This document shows positions 31,054-41,247 of a stretch of DNA of 64,000 bases, in pieces. The stretch spans positions 62,001 to 126,000 of the IMG/VR virus record IMGVR_UViG_3300030329_006583. One strand, written 5' to 3'. The notes beneath the pieces are model-generated. The model ran no database searches and was not told the DNA's origin. It was given only the letters and a program-made list of their open reading frames with translations. Each line of letters begins with the position of its first letter. Position 1 is the first letter of the stretch. Position numbers and translations under genes: made by a program.

Positions 31054-31422
31054 TCATCCACCTATTTGGTTAAATAAATCATCAGGATCAATTTGTTGTG
31101 CCTTTTCTTCGGATTTTGCTATTAATTCAGCCAACCTGAGAATCTGTTCATTTGATTTACACATTCTTTCTATATATTTTGTTAATGTGGATCCCAATGT
31201 TACATGTTCGGCTGTACCTGTTTGCATTTGCTGAAAGGCATCAGTAAATAACATTCCTGCATTTTCACGATCCATAACGGCATTGTGATATATTTCTTTC
31301 CAGAGGATTTTTTTCTTATCATCTATGGAATTTATATTATCTAATAATTCATTAAAATCCTCAACTTTCTCAGTTGTTGTTTTTAACTTATCCATGGCAT
31401 TAGATATTTTCTCTTCACTCAT
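31054..31422 (-). CDS. Helical hypothetical protein (122 aa)
   Basis: Coupled ORF (1-nt overlap with the sigma gene) with coiled-coil character. Confidence 0.7.
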   Translation of the reverse strand: MSEEKISNAMDKLKTTTEKVEDFNELLDNINSIDDKKKILWKEIYHNAVMDRENAGMLFTDAFQQMQTGTAEHVTLGSTLTKYIERMCKSNEQILRLAELIAKSEEKAQQIDPDDLFNQIGG

Positions 31423-32147
31423 TACAATACCCCTGAATTTAATTTTTCTTTAACAATATTTTTATAATGTTTTCTAATAGATGACATTGCAACAGATAAT
31501 TGTTTTGGATTTAAACCCGAAATCTCCCTAACATATATAAAAACCGCGCGTTTGTTTAGAAAATCCAAATCATCAACTCTCTCAAATACTGTGATAATTG
31601 CATTAATACATATTTTTTCTTTGCTTCCTGTTACTTTCTTTTTAACCTTTTGTATTGTGTCAAGTATTTCATTTCTAGCATTGGCATTAATTAATAGTTC
31701 ATCAGGAGAGGGCACAAAATCAAAATTTGATAAACATCTTTTATCACCCGCAGACATGCCGTTAATGTCATCTAAGCTTACGTTTTTAATTGCCAACTTT
31801 TTATTTTTTCTGGAATTCATGATCAACCAATTTTTGGCTACCACGTTAAAATACGAAAATGCCTTTGTTCCCCTATCTGGTTTCCATTTATCGATTGTTT
31901 CATATAAAAATGTAACACAATCGCTTTTTAATGAATGGTAATCATCTTGTGGGCCCAAAAATCCATACACAAAAATTAAATTTTCAGCCAACTTATCAAA
32001 TGCAACATATATTTTATCAACATAGATTTTTTTTCTCTCTTCTTCATCTGTACTTTGTTGATATAACTCTATATTTTCCTGTGTTTCTTTATCAAAATAA
32101 AGTCTACCACCTGATTTACGTCGCCTGATCTTCTTTTTTCCCTTCAT
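31422..32147 (-). CDS. Phage sigma factor, sigma70 region 2-containing (gp55-like late sigma)
   Basis: DCVTFLYETIDKWKPDRGTKAFSYFNVVAKNWL matches sigma region 2.2-2.4 (..DKFDPxRG.KFSTY..). It has a basic N-terminus and sits directly upstream of the structural operon. Confidence 0.75.
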   Translation of the reverse strand: MKGKKKIRRRKSGGRLYFDKETQENIELYQQSTDEEERKKIYVDKIYVAFDKLAENLIFVYGFLGPQDDYHSLKSDCVTFLYETIDKWKPDRGTKAFSYFNVVAKNWLIMNSRKNKKLAIKNVSLDDINGMSAGDKRCLSNFDFVPSPDELLINANARNEILDTIQKVKKKVTGSKEKICINAIITVFERVDDLDFLNKRAVFIYVREISGLNPKQLSVAMSSIRKHYKNIVKEKLNSGVL

Positions 32148-32461
32148 ACTTCATCCTCTTCACTCACCATGGTTACGGCATCATCAACTTCTTCAACTTG
32201 AGTAAGGGCTGTGGCAATTTGCAATATGGAATCACGCGTTAAATCTATATCATTTAACACACGCCTAATTTCCGGACTATCATAAAATAAAGGTATATTC
32301 ATCACATCTGTAATACTAGCATATCTTTCATCAAGAACATCCAGTGATTGTTCAATGGTATCTTGAACATTAAGAATAATTATGCCAAATTTATAAACAT
32401 AATACAAACTTATACACAAACCTCCAATTGCCAATACCAATAAAGCAATGAGCCACCACAT
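32144..32461 (-). CDS. Small membrane-anchored protein
   Basis: Hydrophobic N-terminal helix MWWLIALLVLAIGGLCISLYYVY followed by a coiled region. Confidence 0.7.
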   Translation of the reverse strand: MWWLIALLVLAIGGLCISLYYVYKFGIIILNVQDTIEQSLDVLDERYASITDVMNIPLFYDSPEIRRVLNDIDLTRDSILQIATALTQVEEVDDAVTMVSEEDEV

Positions 32462-32463
32462 TC

Positions 32464-33627
32464 TTACATGTACCTCCCAAGTGCCTCATTGTACTTTGCG
32501 TTTATAGCATTTTGTGTATGGGTTTTCAACAATTTTTCCCTTAATTCTTGAGCCCATTTTTGAGGCATATAAGGTGATTTTCGAAATTTTTGTAATCTCG
32601 ATATTGCATTGGCCTCGTCAAATTCCGCCCAACTAGAACCTTGCATGAATATCTGGTTATCTGTACGAGATTGTGGAATATTTTCCAACCTATAACTCAC
32701 AGGAATGAATTTTCCTAAATTTAAAAAATCTAGATGGCCCGACCAATTGGTGGCAATAATAGGTAATCCGCTGGCAGCTGCCTCCAATAAAGGTAATCCA
32801 AATCCTTCACCACGCGTTAATGAAACCAAACATTTTATTTTAGGGTGACGGTGCAATGAAGCAATTTCAGAAGAAGAATATCTTCCGTGTAATAAATGCA
32901 CTTTTGGATATTCACCGATCCGCACTTCACTTATAACCTGCCTAACTGTTTTTTCCGTGATGCTTTTGTCTATTGTTGTATTTCTACCGGAATTGGTTTT
33001 TAATACAATGCCAACATTTGGATCATCTTTAAAAATATGGCACATTAAACGTAAGGTATTGAATAAATTTTTACGATCGGTCTCAGGCGAATGTCCCGTA
33101 AATTGACCAAATAACAAAAAATTAAAATCTGTTTCAAAATCCAAATTAGACTCTGGAATGTTTTCTTCCACAATTTCATCATAAAAACATTCAGGGACTA
33201 CTGTAATTGGTGTAGTGCAATGACCCGAATTTAATAATACATTTTTTGTAAAAGTAGATGGCACTATCACATGTTGCATATTATTGCAATTCATAACCCA
33301 CTGTGGATTACACCTATCTGTTTCTACCACTGCAGATATCCCGATATTCACCGTTGCCAAATTTGGATCCCACTCATTAGGAAGTTGCACCTGCAAAGAA
33401 ACATCAAATTTATGATTTGTTAAATCATTGCTTCTCTTCATTATCTCGCCAACCAATCCACCCTCAAAATCCGGATTAATCATCCATGGTGTAATCCCCC
33501 AGGGAACCAATTGACAATAAACATCAATATCCGGCCTTGTCAATAGCCAACGAAAAATCTGCCTTGAATGGGTGCCGTATCCTGAATATGTTAGTAGAGG
33601 TGCTCTTAATAAAACTTGCTTTTTCAT
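32464..33627 (-). CDS. Glycosyltransferase, GT4-like (GT-B)
   Basis: SGYG N-terminal motif, DRKNL, and RGEGFGLPLLEAAASGLPIIATNWSGHLDF (ExFG-x4-E). Confidence 0.9.
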   Translation of the reverse strand: MKKQVLLRAPLLTYSGYGTHSRQIFRWLLTRPDIDVYCQLVPWGITPWMINPDFEGGLVGEIMKRSNDLTNHKFDVSLQVQLPNEWDPNLATVNIGISAVVETDRCNPQWVMNCNNMQHVIVPSTFTKNVLLNSGHCTTPITVVPECFYDEIVEENIPESNLDFETDFNFLLFGQFTGHSPETDRKNLFNTLRLMCHIFKDDPNVGIVLKTNSGRNTTIDKSITEKTVRQVISEVRIGEYPKVHLLHGRYSSSEIASLHRHPKIKCLVSLTRGEGFGLPLLEAAASGLPIIATNWSGHLDFLNLGKFIPVSYRLENIPQSRTDNQIFMQGSSWAEFDEANAISRLQKFRKSPYMPQKWAQELREKLLKTHTQNAINAKYNEALGRYM

Positions 33628-33633
33628 ATTTTT

Positions 33634-34890
33634 CTATATTGTTATCTTGGTGTTAAAAGAATAAGTGTCCCTCCAATTCTCTATCGTGGACTTAAGTGTT
33701 TCATGCCATAAATCTATGGTGGTATCATGTGAAAATTCTTCTAGCACATATTTCCTGGCTTTTTGACCTAATTTTTCCCTACCTTCATCACCTAACTCAT
33801 ACATTTTCATTAATGCATCAGCAATTTCTTGTGCGCTGCAATAATCTTCGTAAATGTAAGGTACAGTTTGTGAACCAACCAACGACTTTAAACTAATGTC
33901 AAGTGCAAATCCATTTTCGGAATCATCTCTATGATCCACAACCTGGCGAGTTAAACCGCCTGTTTTAGCAGCAATGATAGGAGTACCGGTTTGCATGGCT
34001 TCCAACGTAGGTAAACCAAATCCCTCTGCATAACTGACATTAATACAACAATCTGAAATGTTATGAAGGGCATTCATTTGATCAAAATCAACTCTATCTG
34101 TTGAAAAAATAACAACATCTTTTAAATTAAGGTGTTCAGTTATCACCATTAAATTGGGGCCTTCCGGATCAGCGGGATCTGTGTGCATTATTAAATTGAC
34201 TTTTCTATGACCGTATTTTTTTTCAAGCTCATCAACAAACAAAGACCATGCCCACAATAAATCACCGGGACGCTTTCGGCGCGCATTTCTATTAACCCAC
34301 AAGCATGTAAAATAATCATGCCTTTCAGGCCCTATTAATTGATTTTTCCAATAAGATTTTTGTTGTGAATTTAATGGCTTAAATATATTTTCAGGTAATG
34401 AATGAGGAATAAAATTACTTTTTTCCGGAAATAATTCAGAGCACATTTCATATGTTAAATGTGAATGACAATTAATTAAATCAGTCGCTTCATATAATAC
34501 TTTATTGTACTCCGGGGTGGGCCTATTATCCCACACATGCCACCACACAATGGGACAGTGCTGGTGAATTTCATCCTCCATTTCAAATAACCAGATAAAA
34601 AATCTGGGATCTGTAAAAAGAAATATTGCATCTGGGCGCTCTGTTGCTAATGTTTGTCTCAATAAATCCGGATTACCAAACCCATCAATTGGTTTGATAA
34701 TAAAATCCGGATTAACTTCAATAACATCATAATTTGCATGTTTAATCGCGGCGCCGAATTGTCTAAATGACCATTCCCCAGGATATTTTCTTTGTAAACC
34801 CTCTATCAGGTGACGACTTTGTACCCCGACACCAGAAGTACATAAAGCGTGATCAGATAGCATTAATATCTTTTTCTTCTTTATTTCCAT
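33634..34890 (-). CDS. Glycosyltransferase, GT4-like (GT-B)
   Basis: NRNARRK and AEGFGLPTLEAMQTGTPII. Confidence 0.9.
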   Translation of the reverse strand: MEIKKKKILMLSDHALCTSGVGVQSRHLIEGLQRKYPGEWSFRQFGAAIKHANYDVIEVNPDFIIKPIDGFGNPDLLRQTLATERPDAIFLFTDPRFFIWLFEMEDEIHQHCPIVWWHVWDNRPTPEYNKVLYEATDLINCHSHLTYEMCSELFPEKSNFIPHSLPENIFKPLNSQQKSYWKNQLIGPERHDYFTCLWVNRNARRKRPGDLLWAWSLFVDELEKKYGHRKVNLIMHTDPADPEGPNLMVITEHLNLKDVVIFSTDRVDFDQMNALHNISDCCINVSYAEGFGLPTLEAMQTGTPIIAAKTGGLTRQVVDHRDDSENGFALDISLKSLVGSQTVPYIYEDYCSAQEIADALMKMYELGDEGREKLGQKARKYVLEEFSHDTTIDLWHETLKSTIENWRDTYSFNTKITI

Positions 34891-35015
34891 AGTGTTAAAT
34901 TAATCCACTAAGGTGTTTTGTAATTACTTGAACATAACACCTTTTAAAGTTAGTTTTCAATTGAAATATTATATTCTTATTCTAATATCGTAAATTCAAT
35001 CACGTGAACACTATG

Positions 35016-35873
35016 TTAAATAATGGCTCTCCCAACCATCTCTTTCCAGTCTTCGTTTTTTCTAACTTCATCATTTTTTTGTTGTACAGAAGTTAATACA
35101 GTCGAATTTACGTCATTTTGCTGCATCTCATGAATCATTGCTGCCAAATCTTTGGGGAAACAATGACCCCCAAAACCAAAATCGCCATCAGGACCAGGAA
35201 CAGAAAAATGTGAAGTTCCAATTCTTTTATCATAAAGTGCATATTCCACCACTTTATCATAATCTACACCAATTGCCTCACAATATTGGTACATCTCATT
35301 TGCAAAACTAACCTTTGTTGAAAGGAAACAATTAATAAAATATTTAACCGTTTCTGCATGTGCAGCCGATGTTTTTACAATGGGAATCATTGGAAATGCC
35401 TTTCTAAACATAGACTTAATACGAGTAGAGGCTGGGCGATCGGCACCAATAATAATACGTGTTTGATTTTTAAAATCATCAAATGAATTTGCTTCAGTTA
35501 AAAATTCCGGACTAAAAGCCACTGTGATATTAGAGGCATTAATATTAAGCCTGTCTGTGGTACCAGGAGGAACTGTTGATTTAATAATGGCAATACGATT
35601 TTTGTAATTATTTGTGCCACATATCTCATCAATATCATTAATTACACTTTCCACAATACCGGTATGACACATACCGGTTGAAGCCATAGGTGTAGGCAAA
35701 CAAACAAATATGATCTCTGTATTTTTTACCACATCAACTAATGACTCACAATTTCTTAATTCGGGATTTAAATCAAAAGTATGTACATCATAATAACCTT
35801 TGAACCCTTCCCGAATTGCAGAACCCACAAACCCCTGTCCAATCACGCCTATTTTCATCTTGTTTTCCATCAC
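35016..35873 (-). CDS. UDP-glucose/GDP-mannose dehydrogenase family, short form
   Basis: IGVIGQGFVG, CLPTP, IKSTVPPG, PEFL and catalytic GFGGHCFPKD. At 285 aa it lacks the C-terminal domain. Confidence 0.9.
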   Translation of the reverse strand: MMENKMKIGVIGQGFVGSAIREGFKGYYDVHTFDLNPELRNCESLVDVVKNTEIIFVCLPTPMASTGMCHTGIVESVINDIDEICGTNNYKNRIAIIKSTVPPGTTDRLNINASNITVAFSPEFLTEANSFDDFKNQTRIIIGADRPASTRIKSMFRKAFPMIPIVKTSAAHAETVKYFINCFLSTKVSFANEMYQYCEAIGVDYDKVVEYALYDKRIGTSHFSVPGPDGDFGFGGHCFPKDLAAMIHEMQQNDVNSTVLTSVQQKNDEVRKNEDWKEMVGRAII

Positions 35874-35879
35874 TTCTCC

Positions 35880-36707
35880 TTAAATACAATGTTCTGTATT
35901 TGCATATTCACAAAAACGGCATGCATCCCTATTTTTAAAATACAGGCCTTTCCTTACCGAAGAAACCATGTTTCTTACCATTTTTGTAGCTTTTTCTATT
36001 GCCTTTGGTCCTGCTGATATTTGAAAAAATTCACAAACATTACCTGGGGTACCGCCACGCTTTAAAAGAATAAAACCAGTACCTACATCTTTTAAAGGAA
36101 TATTATTCTTAGTTGCCCAATAGTGTTTATAAAGGATAATTTGTGCAAGTGTTAAATTATCTTGTTTTTTTCTTCTGTCCCAGCCATAAGATTTAGCTGT
36201 TTTCCAATCCAGTATCCAATATTTGTATGTGCCGTTTTTACGAGGCACTTTTATAACAACGTCTATAAATCCTTTAAAATTTATATCTTTTCCTTCAACG
36301 TTTTCATATAACATTTCCTCCGCTGATACTAATTCCCAATTGGGAAACGTTTTATCAAGAAAGGCAGGAACATCATTCCACATATTCTCTGCCCATGTAC
36401 ACCATGTTTCCAGGGGTTCATATTTATACCAGCCAGGTTGATTTTTAACCCATTCAGGATCGTCAAATCCATGTTCTTCCCAAGCATCCTTGATGCCTTG
36501 AATCAATTTTTCTTTTGGGATAATTCTAGAATTTAGATAACTTTCACAACCTTCATGTACAGCTGTCCCAAAATCTAGGTAGGGAGAGGGTTTTGAAAGA
36601 TCTATTTTGTCTATATGTTGTAACTTATGCCTATAAGAACATTCCTTCCAACCCCTAACTTCAGAGTAGGAAATATGTTCCTTTCCGGTGGGAAAATTAA
36701 TAATCAT
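35880..36707 (-). CDS. PD-(D/E)XK nuclease, Cas4/AddB-like with a four-Cys cluster
   Basis: ISYS..C, FGTAVH, GFID, DWKT, QxxxY and C-terminal CRFCEY..C. Confidence 0.88.
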   Translation of the reverse strand: MIINFPTGKEHISYSEVRGWKECSYRHKLQHIDKIDLSKPSPYLDFGTAVHEGCESYLNSRIIPKEKLIQGIKDAWEEHGFDDPEWVKNQPGWYKYEPLETWCTWAENMWNDVPAFLDKTFPNWELVSAEEMLYENVEGKDINFKGFIDVVIKVPRKNGTYKYWILDWKTAKSYGWDRRKKQDNLTLAQIILYKHYWATKNNIPLKDVGTGFILLKRGGTPGNVCEFFQISAGPKAIEKATKMVRNMVSSVRKGLYFKNRDACRFCEYANTEHCI

Positions 36708-36736
36708 AAAGTTAATATAAAAACTTTTTCATTTTT

Positions 36737-37600
36737 TTACAAATTTTTATTTTTCCAATTAGCAACATAATCAGGAAGATTTATTTGTGGTACCCAATCA
36801 GTTGCCAAAGTGGTTTCCTTAATATCGGCCAAAGTAATTTCAGCCTCACCTGGACGCTTGGGAATATAGGTTATATTATCGCCAAAAAATCTGGCAACTT
36901 CGTTAATCGAATAATTGGTACCTGTCCCCAATTGAAAAACATCACCATCCCACCGATCCTCTGAAAGTGCTATTAATCCCAACACAATATCACTTACGTG
37001 AGTAAAATCACGTCTTTGCTCTCCGGAGCCAGTTACAGTCAAAGGCTCAGATTTTTTTGTTTGGTTCTCAAATATACCAATCACGGTAGCATAAGGGCCT
37101 ACCTTGGGCTGCCTGTACCCATATACATTGAAAAACCTAGCAACCACTGTGGATAGACCATAAACCTTGCTATAAAGCTCACAGGTTTGTTCTCCGGTGT
37201 ATTTTGCAAAAGCGTAAGGATTTAGCATAGGACCACCAAAAGCAGAACTGCTTCCCGCATAAATCAATTTTGCATTTGATCTTCGACAAAATTCTAAAAC
37301 GTGTGAAGTTCCCATAATATCTATTGACAAATATTTTAATGGATCTTTAAAACTGGGTTGAATCCTTGCCAATGCGGCTAAGTGATATACTACGTCAAAC
37401 ACTTCATTTACATATTTATAGGAATTTAAATTCCTAACATCATCAATCCAATATTCAACATTATCCCTCATATATGCCCTGCTGCTGGATTCAGAGCACA
37501 AATTATCCATCACAACAATTTCATTATTTGAATTTGATGCCAATTCATCTACTAAATGTGATCCAACAAAACCTAAACCACCTGTTACCAAAATTCTCAT
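36737..37600 (-). CDS. NAD-dependent epimerase/dehydratase (extended SDR)
   Basis: TGGLGFVG, HLAA, YAFAK (YxxxK), RFFNVYG and GEQRRDFTHV. Confidence 0.92.
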   Translation of the reverse strand: MRILVTGGLGFVGSHLVDELASNSNNEIVVMDNLCSESSSRAYMRDNVEYWIDDVRNLNSYKYVNEVFDVVYHLAALARIQPSFKDPLKYLSIDIMGTSHVLEFCRRSNAKLIYAGSSSAFGGPMLNPYAFAKYTGEQTCELYSKVYGLSTVVARFFNVYGYRQPKVGPYATVIGIFENQTKKSEPLTVTGSGEQRRDFTHVSDIVLGLIALSEDRWDGDVFQLGTGTNYSINEVARFFGDNITYIPKRPGEAEITLADIKETTLATDWVPQINLPDYVANWKNKNL

Positions 37601-37648
37601 TTAAAATCCCTTATTCAAATATATTAATATTTAAAATTCACATATTGA

Positions 37649-38233
37649 TTATAACCAATCTATGAATTGTTGTACAGAAACTAAATTCAAGTAATTTTGG
37701 CGATTTTCCACCAAATCATCCCATTGAAGATCAGTATATGTTTTATTGATTTTAATAGGTGATTGATTTTTCCTAACTCGTATTACACCGCATCCTTGGT
37801 CAATATTTACCGTTATCATGTCTAAACTTGGTTCTTGCCTATAATGAACACATGCCTTCCAGCAATCGCCGTTGGCACCATCTTTAAATTGCCTAAATTC
37901 CTGTAATGGATTGCAATCATGCATAAGAATTGTGCCACCGTCATTCAATATATTAAGTGAATTTTCTATGTCCTTATATACCTGCTCAGCATGGTGTAAT
38001 CCATCAATGAAAATAATATCAAATTTATCATTGTATTTTTCAAAATATTCATCACTAGTCATCCGGTGTTGTCCACCCATATTAGGATCAACACCCACCT
38101 TTTTATCGCAATTAATTTTATCAAAACAAGAAGCTGAATGGTTTACACCTATCTCCAGATAGGTTTTGTATTGAAAAATTTCAATACAGTGATTAATTAA
38201 TTGGTCTCTAGAATTATACAACATTGTTTTCAC
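37649..38233 (-). CDS. Class I SAM-dependent methyltransferase (Methyltransf_24-like)
   Basis: YLEIGV, GVDP, FDIIFIDGLH and GGTILMHD. Confidence 0.85.
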   Translation of the reverse strand: MKTMLYNSRDQLINHCIEIFQYKTYLEIGVNHSASCFDKINCDKKVGVDPNMGGQHRMTSDEYFEKYNDKFDIIFIDGLHHAEQVYKDIENSLNILNDGGTILMHDCNPLQEFRQFKDGANGDCWKACVHYRQEPSLDMITVNIDQGCGVIRVRKNQSPIKINKTYTDLQWDDLVENRQNYLNLVSVQQFIDWL

Positions 38234-38237
38234 CTAC

Positions 38238-38744
38238 TCAAGGAGTTATTTCCCAATCACTTAAATGATACATGCATATTTGATCATACCATTTGCCTTC
38301 ACGCAGCAAAGATTTCAATAATTTTCCCTCTACCTTAAATCCCAAGTATTTATATACCCTTTGGCCTATATGGTTATATTCAACAGTCGTAAGACCAGTT
38401 CTTTTTAGTTTTAAAGTATCATAGCAAAAATTAAGCATTAACCTCCACATTGGTTTGGAATAACCTTTTCCCCGGTGGGTAATGTGAATATCTGCACCAA
38501 GTACACAATTCAAATTATTATGATCAATCTTGTAAAATTTACAAAAACCCACCTTTTCACCATTTACGCAAAATATTTTCCTAATTTCTGTTTTTCCATC
38601 AATGGTACCCCACCATTTCATGTGATCATTAAGGGTGATAGGGGTTGGGTTTGTAAGATTTTTTAATACCAAAGGATCATTATGCAATTCCACCAACCAA
38701 TGATGATCATCATCTGTTACGTCTCTCATTGTATATAAATTCAT
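38238..38744 (-). CDS. GNAT N-acetyltransferase (PseH/RimJ-like)
   Basis: HRGKGYS, N..GQRVYKYLGFKVEG. The likely start is the ATG at 38744, just after the upstream stop. Confidence 0.85.
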   Translation of the reverse strand: MNLYTMRDVTDDDHHWLVELHNDPLVLKNLTNPTPITLNDHMKWWGTIDGKTEIRKIFCVNGEKVGFCKFYKIDHNNLNCVLGADIHITHRGKGYSKPMWRLMLNFCYDTLKLKRTGLTTVEYNHIGQRVYKYLGFKVEGKLLKSLLREGKWYDQICMYHLSDWEITP

Positions 38745-38745
38745 C

Positions 38746-39624
38746 TTATTTTCCCTCAAGATAATATTCACATGCCTCATAAAAATAAATGGAATGTGGG
38801 TTATCCCTAAATTTATGCCTTAATGATCCTCGTTGGTGACACAAAAACGGGGTTCCATCTGGAAATTGATATTCTTCGTTATATTGTTTTACGCCTAAAG
38901 GTAAATCACTTGGATGTGCCGGTGGGCATAAGACCTTTATGTCATGACCTGTGGGGGTTACACCCAAAAGAGGACTTCCGTTAATGAAGGTAAAATAAGG
39001 AATATTTCTCTCTATACAATAAGGCGCAATTTGCCACCCGCTATCCCTATGCAAAGAATAACCGATCGGTAAATTAAAAACAGATGAAAGCTCTTCAGAA
39101 TCTATAGGTAAAGGGGAATCAAGAAATACATCCAATCTTAATTGTGAAAAATCATAGTTTGGTGAAAGAGCAAACCAGGTACAGCTAGGACTATTTTTTG
39201 CAGTTTGAATCCTTCCTTCTCCTGCACAAGGCTGCCCAATATCTTCATAAGTGGTTGCAATTATGCCATATGAATTATCTTCCATCATTTTCTGAACCTT
39301 GGTATCCCATCCCTTATAAACAATAACTGTATCAGTATCTGCAAAAATATTTAAGCATTGGGGGTTCATTTTTTTTAATGCATAATGCAATCCATCAACA
39401 TGATAACTTGATGCATTTTTTTGATCAATATTAACCACGTGGGCGGCACTTAATTGTAGTTCGTTTTTAACGGAATCCACAACACTTTGCGGGGTGTTTA
39501 AAAAATAACCACAAAATTCCAAAGAATTTGTTCCGCTACTGGTGTCACGATAATTAGAAACCAAATAACGATAATAGTCCATGGAATTATTATCTATGAC
39601 AGAATGTATTTGAATAGCTTTCAT
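38746..39624 (-). CDS. Putative GT-A glycosyltransferase
   Basis: H..GL...IFADTDT (DxD) and RDSGW; lies inside the glycan island. Confidence 0.5.
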   Translation of the reverse strand: MKAIQIHSVIDNNSMDYYRYLVSNYRDTSSGTNSLEFCGYFLNTPQSVVDSVKNELQLSAAHVVNIDQKNASSYHVDGLHYALKKMNPQCLNIFADTDTVIVYKGWDTKVQKMMEDNSYGIIATTYEDIGQPCAGEGRIQTAKNSPSCTWFALSPNYDFSQLRLDVFLDSPLPIDSEELSSVFNLPIGYSLHRDSGWQIAPYCIERNIPYFTFINGSPLLGVTPTGHDIKVLCPPAHPSDLPLGVKQYNEEYQFPDGTPFLCHQRGSLRHKFRDNPHSIYFYEACEYYLEGK

Positions 39625-39627
39625 TTC

Positions 39628-40566
39628 TCAACCTTTTGTAATAATTTCGGCTATCTTTTTAACACTAGACCAATGATCTGTTGCTTTAATATACGAAATA
39701 GATTCCTTTATTTCATTATGAACCTGATCCAGTGTTTTGTTATGTATTTCTTCTATGATATCCGGAATTTCATCCATACATTCAAAAGTTTGAATCAATG
39801 AAATGTTATCAATCCCGTAGTGCTGCATACCATCCCTTTTATTTGTGACAGCATAACATCCCATAGCCGCAATTTCAATATCTTTTGTCCATGGGTAACC
39901 AAACCACATATCCCATTGTTTACCTTCAATAATAAAAGGTGGGTTATGCATATTATGCAAAAAGATTTTAGATAATCTCATAGACTCTAAAAAACCTTCA
40001 TGATTTTTTCTAGGAAGAAATTCCACATCAACTTTCATAGATTTTAAATTTTCAAAAAATTTCTTTCTATGGGATTTCATTCCTCCCATAAAAACAACGT
40101 CATATTTTCGCTGATTCCATGGAATATAGTTTTTGCATAATTCTGGTAAAATGCCCATAGTAACAGACATTCCGGGAAGTCCTCTATCACGAATAAAATT
40201 GGTCCAAAATTCCGTTGTATTGACAAATGTAATTACATTTAATTTTTCATTAATGTCATAATATGAACCTTCATAAGGTCCATCGGTAATAAAAGCTTCC
40301 CAGGGATCTTGTTCGTAAATAATTACAGGATGATTATTTAAATAATCTTTGATCAAACCTAAATTTTGTACCAATGTTCGCAGCCTTAATGAAGATATTA
40401 CCATATCAAATTTATGCAATTCACCCTTTATTTTATTTCTTTTAATATCATCCAAAGTAATATATGTGGTATTGAAATGCCGTCCTAAAGAAATTTGAAA
40501 TTGCCTATTGTAAGGAACCCCGGCAACATATTGATGAGAATCTATAATGGATAAAACATTTGACAT
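39628..40566 (-). CDS. Putative GT-B glycosyltransferase (CgeB/YkvP-like)
   Basis: QDPW, RKYDVVFMG..HRKKF, SKIFLH and EIAAMGC. Confidence 0.65.
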   Translation of the reverse strand: MSNVLSIIDSHQYVAGVPYNRQFQISLGRHFNTTYITLDDIKRNKIKGELHKFDMVISSLRLRTLVQNLGLIKDYLNNHPVIIYEQDPWEAFITDGPYEGSYYDINEKLNVITFVNTTEFWTNFIRDRGLPGMSVTMGILPELCKNYIPWNQRKYDVVFMGGMKSHRKKFFENLKSMKVDVEFLPRKNHEGFLESMRLSKIFLHNMHNPPFIIEGKQWDMWFGYPWTKDIEIAAMGCYAVTNKRDGMQHYGIDNISLIQTFECMDEIPDIIEEIHNKTLDQVHNEIKESISYIKATDHWSSVKKIAEIITKG

Positions 40567-40577
40567 AAATTATTATA

Positions 40578-41243
40578 CTACCTCTTTTTTATAAACTCAA
40601 TCTTTTTAAAAAGTAATTTACCTTCGGAATCTTCTAAAAACACATTTGGATAAGGATCTTCTCGACACCTTATCATATTATACAAATCACGCGTAGAAAG
40701 TGTTAACAATTTATCCGGGGTCAGTTCACTATCACTTGGTTTGAGTCTTTTACACTTTATATGTGGCACATTTAAATCCTGTGCAACTGAAATGTGATTA
40801 GGATATGTGTCTAAAAATTCCAAAAGTAACTTCAATCCCTGGTACCTTAATTCCAAAAATATTTCAGTAATACCCTTTTCAAGGTTTAAATCACACTTGC
40901 TAATTATATTACCTTCATCATAGTTTTCATTTAATTCAAATAAACTCAGTTTTGTTTTAGTGAGACCATCCAGTATTTGATTTTGAATAGGTGATCCACC
41001 GGCATAATTGGGTAAATCTGAGGGGTGTAAACCTACAACGGTGTTTTGGCTGAGGATTTTGGGGGTTATATACCAACTCCACCCGGCTAAAATTATAATG
41101 TAATTTTCACTTTCTTTGACGCAATTACTTAAGGATTCTGGTGATGTAACATGAATAATGCAATGTTCTGTGTTATTACATAAATCATTTAGCAAATCTA
41201 TTGCCCAACTTCTATAACCACAAAAAATAATATTTAATGCCAT
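40578..41243 (-). CDS. Formyltransferase (Fmt/sugar N-formyltransferase family)
   Basis: HPSDLPNYAGGSPIQNQI, YDEGNII and IRCREDPYPN. Likely start MALNII at 41243. Confidence 0.85.
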   Translation of the reverse strand: MALNIIFCGYRSWAIDLLNDLCNNTEHCIIHVTSPESLSNCVKESENYIIILAGWSWYITPKILSQNTVVGLHPSDLPNYAGGSPIQNQILDGLTKTKLSLFELNENYDEGNIISKCDLNLEKGITEIFLELRYQGLKLLLEFLDTYPNHISVAQDLNVPHIKCKRLKPSDSELTPDKLLTLSTRDLYNMIRCREDPYPNVFLEDSEGKLLFKKIEFIKKR

Positions 41244-41247
41244 TATT

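Noticed and set aside
34910-34966. Inverted repeats AAGGTGTT/AACACCTT and palindrome TTTCAATTGAAA in the gap before the GT4 pair
   Set aside because: They are short and AT-rich, with a long loop and no proper U-tract, so they cannot be distinguished from chance.
35880-36707. CRISPR-Cas locus suggested by the Cas4-like gene
   Set aside because: No repeat-spacer array and no cas1, cas2 or effector genes were seen.
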